64,000 bases of DNA from Thermoplasmata archaeon (GTDB lineage: Archaea > Thermoplasmatota > Thermoplasmata > Lutacidiplasmatales > UBA184), in contig JAKIVR010000002.1 of the NCBI GenBank assembly GCA_022750455.1, forward strand, positions 1,270 through 65,269, written 5' to 3'. Positions 58,290 through 64,000 of this stretch are shown here, one piece after another. The position numbers and the translations under genes are program-made. Position 1 is the stretch's first letter. Each line of letters begins with the position of its first letter. The notes beneath the pieces were generated by a model. The model ran no database searches, was not told the origin of the DNA, and saw only the letters and a list, made by a program, of their open reading frames with translations.

Positions 58290-58404
58290 AGCTTTCCTGA
58301 CGCCTCTAGCTTCAGTTAATTAATAAGGTTACCGTAAGTAACTGACCCACGCCACCGCTGCTCACCCCTCGCCACGACCGTTCAGGAGCGCCGCAACACC
58401 CTTC

Positions 58405-59031
58405 TTGTCGTGCGGTTCACCGACCGGCATGGGGACGACGGAACCACCGATCGAGCTCACCGTCGAGCGGGAGATCCCCTCGAGCGATCCTTCGCGCCCG
58501 ACCCGGGTGCGTCTCACCGTCCGCCTGGAGCCGCCCCCGACGGGCGCGTTGCCACCGGGCGATCTCGCCGCGAGGATCGGCCAACTCTCCTCGCAGCTCG
58601 AGGACGCGCTGCGCGCGGCCGGCATCGCGCCGTCCGCCGGTCGGGCCGATCGCGACCTCCCCGAGCTGCTCGGCACGTACCGCCCCCGACAGCGCGAGCT
58701 GGTCGAGCTGTTGCACGATGAACGGGAGCTGACCGACGGAGAGTACCGTCGCCTTCTCGACCATCTCGGCCGCACGGTCCCGGAGCCGTCTGCGGCGCCT
58801 CCCCCGACCCAGCCGATCCTCGCCGCTCCGCTGGAGAGCCCGCCCACCTCGTCCGGATCCCGCCCGTTGCCGCCGGCTCGTCCGGTCCCGGAGCTCCTCG
58901 CCACGTTCCAGATCGATTCGCTGCGCCAGGCAGGCGCGGTCCGGGCCCGGCGGCAGATCTCGTTCGAAGAGTACATGGCCCTCAAGAAACACTTCTCCGC
59001 CCCCGAGGCGCCGGCGAGCCCGCCGGCGTGA
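58405..59031 (+). CDS. hypothetical protein
   Basis: ORF only. Pro-rich. Confidence 0.25.
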   Translation: MSCGSPTGMGTTEPPIELTVEREIPSSDPSRPTRVRLTVRLEPPPTGALPPGDLAARIGQLSSQLEDALRAAGIAPSAGRADRDLPELLGTYRPRQRELVELLHDERELTDGEYRRLLDHLGRTVPEPSAAPPPTQPILAAPLESPPTSSGSRPLPPARPVPELLATFQIDSLRQAGAVRARRQISFEEYMALKKHFSAPEAPASPPA

Positions 59032-59061
59032 TCTCCGGCGCGGGGAACGGCCGCCGCGCCG

Positions 59062-60411
59062 TTAGGTCCGGGCGGTTCGTTCGTTCGGTGCGAACAAGAT
59101 CGCCAGACTGCCGACGTCCGTGACTCCCTCGGGAGCGCCGAGTGGCCGTCCTTCGGGCGAGCCCGACGTGCCTTGACTGTCGCCCAGGACGAGCCACCCC
59201 GGACCGTTCGCATGCTCCGTCCCGCCGGACGTGGGCAGGAACGCCACGGCGATCTCTCGCCGATGCCGACGCTCCGCGATCGCCGCGAAGAACGCATCCC
59301 GCGCGTGGCGCTCCGACACCCCCTCGGGGAGGTCGAACGTCACTCCGGCCAGCACCGCGGCGCCGGCCCGGCCGTACTCGCCGGTGCGCGGAGCGCTCCC
59401 AAGCTCGGTGCGCGCCGCCTCGACGCGCTCCAACAACGCGGCGGCGAGCGCCGCCGGGGTATCCCGCATCGAGAGACCGCCCAGTCGGCACGTCCACCGG
59501 CGATCCGCCAACGCATCGGAGGCGCCGCGGAGGGCGTCGGCCGGGGCGGCGATGACGACCGGACGGTCGAGTCCAGGACGCGCCGACGGGCTCTCCGACG
59601 ACGTGCGATCGATCCGCTGCCGGAACGCGGGGGCGAGCCGCACCCAGGCCCCGCGCTCGACCAGGGCGGCCCGGACGGCGCGTCGTTCGGACTCCCGCAA
59701 GGGGAGTGTCGGGCCTCCGCCGACGAGCTCGCCCCCGTCGCCCCGGTCGACCACCAGCGTGGCGATGGAACCGGCGCGGGCGGCGGTGGCCAAGCCGCCT
59801 CCCACCAGCCCCGCCCCGGCCGAACGGAGCACGCGTGAGATCTCGGCGCCCGGAAGGTTCGCCTCCATCAGTTCGTGGACCAACGCGTCCAGCTCGGCGC
59901 CGTCCACACCGGCCGGCGCTCCGGTCAAGGCGCCGAGGGATCCCGCCGAGAGCAGTACGATCAACAGGTCCTCGGGGCCGAGCGCGGAGACGAGCTCGTC
60001 GATCGCCAGAACGGCCCGGCTGCTCTCGGGCGAGCCGAACCGTCCGGCCGGGACCGGGAAGGAGTGGAACGGGACGGTCTCCACTTCCTTGGGGCCGGCG
60101 AGCAGTCCCTGGGTGATCCGGGGGCCGAGCGAGTTCTCCACGGCCATCGCCATCGACCCGGCGGCCGCGCCGACCGCGACGAACGCGATCTCCCGGTACT
60201 TCCCGATGGGCGTGAACCGGTTCCCGATCCGCAGCGTCCCTTCCTCCACGCGCACCGCGCGCCGGACGGCGCCGTACGCATCGGCCTCGGTGAGCGCCAG
60301 CCGGTACGCGTGCTGCAGAGACGGAAAGATCGGATCGACCGGCGCCGGCTCCTTGGAGGGCACGACCGGTCGAACCCGGGACCGAGGAAAGGGTTTGGCG
60401 GTCAGCCGAAC
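59062..60411 (-). CDS. glycerate 2-kinase (MOFRL family)
   Basis: DUF4147/MOFRL-type blocks (REIAFVAVGAAAGSMA, LLSAGSLGALTG, IAAPADALRGA). Start uncertain (GTG ~60411). Confidence 0.65.
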   Translation of the reverse strand, partial: VRLTAKPFPRSRVRPVVPSKEPAPVDPIFPSLQHAYRLALTEADAYGAVRRAVRVEEGTLRIGNRFTPIGKYREIAFVAVGAAAGSMAMAVENSLGPRITQGLLAGPKEVETVPFHSFPVPAGRFGSPESSRAVLAIDELVSALGPEDLLIVLLSAGSLGALTGAPAGVDGAELDALVHELMEANLPGAEISRVLRSAGAGLVGGGLATAARAGSIATLVVDRGDGGELVGGGPTLPLRESERRAVRAALVERGAWVRLAPAFRQRIDRTSSESPSARPGLDRPVVIAAPADALRGASDALADRRWTCRLGGLSMRDTPAALAAALLERVEAARTELGSAPRTGEYGRAGAAVLAGVTFDLPEGVSERHARDAFFAAIAERRHRREIAVAFLPTSGGTEHANGPGWLVLGDSQGTSGSPEGRPLGAPEGVTDVGSLAILFAPNERTART

Positions 60412-61565
60412 GTGAGGCGCTCGGCGGGCGCCGGGAGCGTCGCTCCGAGGAACCGGGCCACGGAGAACTCGGCGGCGCTCTCGATCGGTTGCCCGAGCAC
60501 GAGACGGGCGACGCGGCGGGAGACCGCGGGCGCGAGCATGAACCCGTGGCCCCCGAGACCGTTCGCGTGGAAGAACCCGGGCAGCCTCGGATCCTCCCCG
60601 AGCATCGGGAGCCCGTCCGGCGTCTCGTCGTAGAATCCCGACCACGCCCGCAGGATGCCGAGCGAGGCCGTGGACGGCAGGAGGCCGGTGATCGCCCGGG
60701 CCATTCGCGTCAGGAACTCCATCGAGCTCGGCATCCCCGAACGCGTTCCCGGCGGATGATGGACCCCGAGGCCCCCGACGATCTCTCCGCGCATCGTCTG
60801 GCTGAAGTACAGCCCGTCCCGGAGCCGGATCACCATCGGGTCCAAGAACGGCTTCAGCGGTTCGGTCGCGAGGATCTCGTGGCGGCTGGCGACGTTCGGT
60901 ACGGGAACTCCGGCCATCCGGGCGACGTCGCCGGACCATCCGCCGGCGGCGTTCACCACGATCGACGCCGCGAGGGGGCCTCGGGAGGTCGCGAGCCCCG
61001 CGACGCGTCCGGCCGCCCGGCCGATCTCGGTGACGTTCGTTCCGTACGCCAGCTCGACCCCGGCCTGACGCGCGGCCTCGTACAGCCCCCACACGACCGG
61101 GAACGGGTACGCCGTCCCGTCGGAGTGGAGGAAGGCGGCGCCCCGCACGCCGGTCACGTTCAGCGCCGGGACGAGGTCGGAGATTTGCTCGGGAGCGAGG
61201 CGACGGACCGGCAGCCCCTCCGCGCGCACCGCCTGGCCGACGCGATCGAGCGACGCGATCTCGGCGTCGCTCTCCGCCAGGAACAGGTAGCCGCCCTGAC
61301 GGAACCAGATGTTGTAGCCGAACTCCCGGCCGAAGCCGCGGTACGCGGCGACGGACTCGCGCGCGAGCCGTACGGTGAGCGCCGTCTCCCACTGCTGGCG
61401 GATCCCGCCGCCGTTGCGGCCGGACGCTCCTCCGGAGGGGAATCCCCGGTCGACGACGACGATCGGTCCGGCCCCGGCCCTTGCGAGGTGGACCGCGGTC
61501 CAGAGCCCGATGACCCCGCCGCCGACGATGGCGATCCGGTACTCGGGCCGCGCGAACCCGGTCAC
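60402..61565 (-). CDS. FAD-dependent oxidoreductase, sarcosine oxidase beta / L-proline dehydrogenase beta-like
   Basis: GxGxxG IAIVGGGVIGLWTAVHLA. DAO-family blocks. GTG start overlaps the upstream stop (GTGA). Confidence 0.8.
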   Translation of the reverse strand: MTGFARPEYRIAIVGGGVIGLWTAVHLARAGAGPIVVVDRGFPSGGASGRNGGGIRQQWETALTVRLARESVAAYRGFGREFGYNIWFRQGGYLFLAESDAEIASLDRVGQAVRAEGLPVRRLAPEQISDLVPALNVTGVRGAAFLHSDGTAYPFPVVWGLYEAARQAGVELAYGTNVTEIGRAAGRVAGLATSRGPLAASIVVNAAGGWSGDVARMAGVPVPNVASRHEILATEPLKPFLDPMVIRLRDGLYFSQTMRGEIVGGLGVHHPPGTRSGMPSSMEFLTRMARAITGLLPSTASLGILRAWSGFYDETPDGLPMLGEDPRLPGFFHANGLGGHGFMLAPAVSRRVARLVLGQPIESAAEFSVARFLGATLPAPAERLTFG

Positions 61566-63214
61566 GTCCCCTCCTCCGAGAGGGAGGCCCACGCGGACAA
61601 CGGCGTCGGCTCCGACGGCGGTCGCTGGGTGATGAAGCCGACCTCGGGGATCGGACGCCCCTCGAGGATCGAGAGGTACGCGAGCGCCTCGGGGAGGCAG
61701 TACCTCCCCTGGCAGAGCCCGGTCCCGAGCCCGGTGTACCGCTTCACCACCTCGATCCCGGAGAAGCCCCGGTCGTGCGCGGTCCGGAGCTCCTCGACGG
61801 TCACGTCTTCGCAGGCGCAGGCGATCCACTTGCCTCCGGGTCGGGGACCGGCGAACAGCTCCCGGTAGTACCCTTCCATCTCGCCCGGGGACTGAGTTCC
61901 CACGCGAGGCGGCAACGCCGAGAGGTTCGCGGAGCGACCGAGGATGCGTTCCGCGACGGCCTCACCGCTCGCCTCGGAGCCGATCGGATCCGGAAATCCC
62001 GCGGCCTCCCCGCACGCCCACAGACCCGGGACGCTCGTGGCGAGATCCGGCTCCAGGGCGGGAAAGTACGCGCCGCCCTCCGAGCGCCACTCCATCCGCG
62101 CGCCGACCTGGAAGAAGAGAGGCACGTGGGGGATCCGTAGGTGCGCGAGGATCACCGCGTCTCCCTCGAGCGAGAACGGGGGGGAGGCGGCGCCGCGGGC
62201 CCGGCATCGGACCGACCGGGCGCGCCGCCGCCCCTCGACCCCGAGCAGGAGCGTACGGGGGAACATCGGCACGTCCAGCTCGTTCGCCCTCCGGACGACC
62301 TCCGGAGAGATCGGGCCGGGCGCGAGAATCCCCTCGATCCGGGGACCGAACCGGTCGAGCATCTCGGCGGCCCGAGCGCCCCCGCCGACCACGAGCGCTC
62401 GATGGAACGGGACCTCACCGCGGGCCGTGCGCAGGCTCAAGGCCCCCTCGGCCGTGACGACGCCCGGCCGGTCGCTGCCGGCGCACCAGAGCGACGCGTC
62501 GTAGCTACCGGGCGCGAGAACGACGGTCGAGGCGTTGAGATCGATGCCTCGGCCGCGGTCGCCGATCCCAGCCAGTCGGAACGGTCGTTCGGCCTCCTCC
62601 ACGGGCGGCGGGAGGAACGCCGCCGTCGCCCGGTCGATCACGAGCACGCCGGGCGGCGGGGCGATGACCGCGCGCCGATCGATCAGCGCGACCTGGCGCC
62701 CTTCGCGCGCCAGCGTCGAGGCGACGGCCCGACCGGCGGGGCCGGCGCCGACCACCAGGACGTCGGTGGTGTGTCGCAACGGAGGGGGCGCGGGGGTCGG
62801 AGCGGCGTTGGCGAGCTGACCGTACCCCGAGAGCCGTCGAACGACCCGGTGATACCACGGGCGAGCGAACGCCGGGCGTCGGAACCCGCGCACGGTGTCG
62901 ATCCCCCGGGGAAAGAGGAAGTCCAACGCGCCGAGAACGTCGGTCCGCACGCTCGGCCACGCGTTCTCCGTGTCGACGCGATCCCCGTCCGCGGGGACGT
63001 ACCGACACGAGCGAACGTTCGGCTGGCCGTTCACCCGGACGAGGCACTGGCTGCAGAACCCTTCCCCGCAGAAGACGCCCCGAGGACGGTGGTACCGTAT
63101 CGACCGGCTGACGATGGGGCCGCCCGCCTGGACGACGTCGGCCGCGAGCCCCGTGGGGCCCCGGGATTCCCGGGGGCGACCGCGGTACCAGTACCGGCGG
63201 GCGGAGTCGGCCAT
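61562..63214 (-). CDS. SoxA/HcnB-like FAD oxidoreductase subunit with N-terminal 2Fe-2S and C-terminal BFD-like [2Fe-2S] domains
   Basis: CGEGFCSQCLVRV...C. DVLVVGAGPAG. CACEDVTVEELR...GLCQGRYC. Confidence 0.75.
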   Translation of the reverse strand: MADSARRYWYRGRPRESRGPTGLAADVVQAGGPIVSRSIRYHRPRGVFCGEGFCSQCLVRVNGQPNVRSCRYVPADGDRVDTENAWPSVRTDVLGALDFLFPRGIDTVRGFRRPAFARPWYHRVVRRLSGYGQLANAAPTPAPPPLRHTTDVLVVGAGPAGRAVASTLAREGRQVALIDRRAVIAPPPGVLVIDRATAAFLPPPVEEAERPFRLAGIGDRGRGIDLNASTVVLAPGSYDASLWCAGSDRPGVVTAEGALSLRTARGEVPFHRALVVGGGARAAEMLDRFGPRIEGILAPGPISPEVVRRANELDVPMFPRTLLLGVEGRRRARSVRCRARGAASPPFSLEGDAVILAHLRIPHVPLFFQVGARMEWRSEGGAYFPALEPDLATSVPGLWACGEAAGFPDPIGSEASGEAVAERILGRSANLSALPPRVGTQSPGEMEGYYRELFAGPRPGGKWIACACEDVTVEELRTAHDRGFSGIEVVKRYTGLGTGLCQGRYCLPEALAYLSILEGRPIPEVGFITQRPPSEPTPLSAWASLSEEGT

Positions 63215-63270
63215 GAACGGAACGTGAGGACGGGCGGTCGGTATTTAGGCCGGGGCCACCGACCGCGGAG

Positions 63271-63786
63271 CTACCGGTCGGCGTAGTCGCGTTCCATCAC
63301 CCGAGCGAGCCGCTTCCACAGCGCCGCATCCTCCGTCCGGATGCGATCGGTCACCCGGCGCTCCTGGGGCGGCCCGAGGGGCGCTCCCTCCCAACGGATG
63401 TCGCGCCCCTCGAACCGAAGGACCGAGGCGGCCGGGCCGTCCGGCACGATCGAGTACCGGAACTGTGAGTGGAAGTTCGGTCCGGTCAGGTGGGTCCCGA
63501 CCCAGCTCCTAGAGCGGGGATAGACGTGGACGAGCTTGCGTTTCCGGATCCGGCGAGCTCCGGAGCCGGGGAACGAGTCGTCGAGGATCGCCGTCCGCGG
63601 CGTGAGCCAGTGGACGTGGCGCGCACCGTTTCCGCCGGCGAGCGTCCAATCCTCCGGCGCGAAATCGACACACCAACGGAACGCCCACGGCGCGGGGACG
63701 CGGAACCGCTGCTGGAAGGAGTACTCCGAGCAGGAGCTCGGAGGCGGGCGCGGGCGTGACGGCGGGCGGAAGCTCCGATCGGTCAT
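63271..63786 (-). CDS. hypothetical protein (possible SRPBCC-like fold)
   Basis: ORF from internal ATG. No firm motif. Confidence 0.3.
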   Translation of the reverse strand: MTDRSFRPPSRPRPPPSSCSEYSFQQRFRVPAPWAFRWCVDFAPEDWTLAGGNGARHVHWLTPRTAILDDSFPGSGARRIRKRKLVHVYPRSRSWVGTHLTGPNFHSQFRYSIVPDGPAASVLRFEGRDIRWEGAPLGPPQERRVTDRIRTEDAALWKRLARVMERDYADR

Positions 63787-64000
63787 GGGCGACGGGAACG
63801 GAGCCGGAATATGTAGGGCCGGCGCCCCCTCCGCGCTCCCCTGGATCGGTCGATCCGCCGAGGTCGGGACGACCGCTCCGAGGGGAAGTTCGAGGAGCCC
63901 GAACGCCATCTATATAGTGCTACGACGGTCCCCGTTCATCTCCATGAAGACCGTCTCCAACTTCCACGGGCGCCGCATCCAGAAAACGGGCGGGGCGACG

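Overview
High-GC (~67-68%) chromosomal segment of an archaeon, probably a euryarchaeote. The archaeal assignment rests on RadA, archaeal-type TyrRS, r-proteins L7Ae, S28e and L24e in the conserved rpl7ae-rps28e-rpl24e-ndk order, TTAAATA-type TATA boxes and frequent leaderless starts. Most genes are housekeeping or core metabolism: ftsZ, purH, purC, trxA, mutY, hutH, glyA, tyrS, map, tsaC, ndk, metE, malic enzyme, Leu/Glu-type dehydrogenase, glycerate kinase, and a SoxA/SoxB-like FAD oxidoreductase pair. The first ~3 kb is a mobile-element scrap heap: a disrupted large serine recombinase, an IS4-like remnant and an intact IS630 transposase. A second, degenerate IS630-like gene sits at 24.1-25.3 kb. 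Features I consider unusual: (i) a Ni-superoxide dismutase with Ni-hook propeptide plus a divergent SodX-type maturation peptidase in an archaeal context; (ii) a TasA-like secreted protein with SipW-cognate-type signal next to a CPBP(CAAX)-protease::SipW-type signal-peptidase fusion and a membrane glycoprotein, a candidate bundling-pilus or fibre biogenesis locus; (iii) a Cas4-like PD-(D/E)xK/Fe-S nuclease split into two ORFs joined by an ATGA overlap, each carrying a transmembrane helix, with no CRISPR array in the window; (iv) an 870-aa HerA/FtsK-type ATPase with a C-terminal wHTH and a nuclease-like extension next to a 2H phosphoesterase; (v) an HhH + coiled-coil + KaiC/RadA-like ATPase with a deviant GKD Walker A. 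Others: three heavily N-glycosylated cell-surface proteins (S-layer candidates), a candidate ~310-nt SRP RNA in a 560-bp gene-free stretch, several operator-like palindromes, and L24e with a ~70-aa Ala/Pro-rich tail. In this GC-rich DNA, many long ORFs of the six-frame track run antisense to recognisable genes and were treated as artefacts. No tRNA, rRNA or CRISPR array was recognised.
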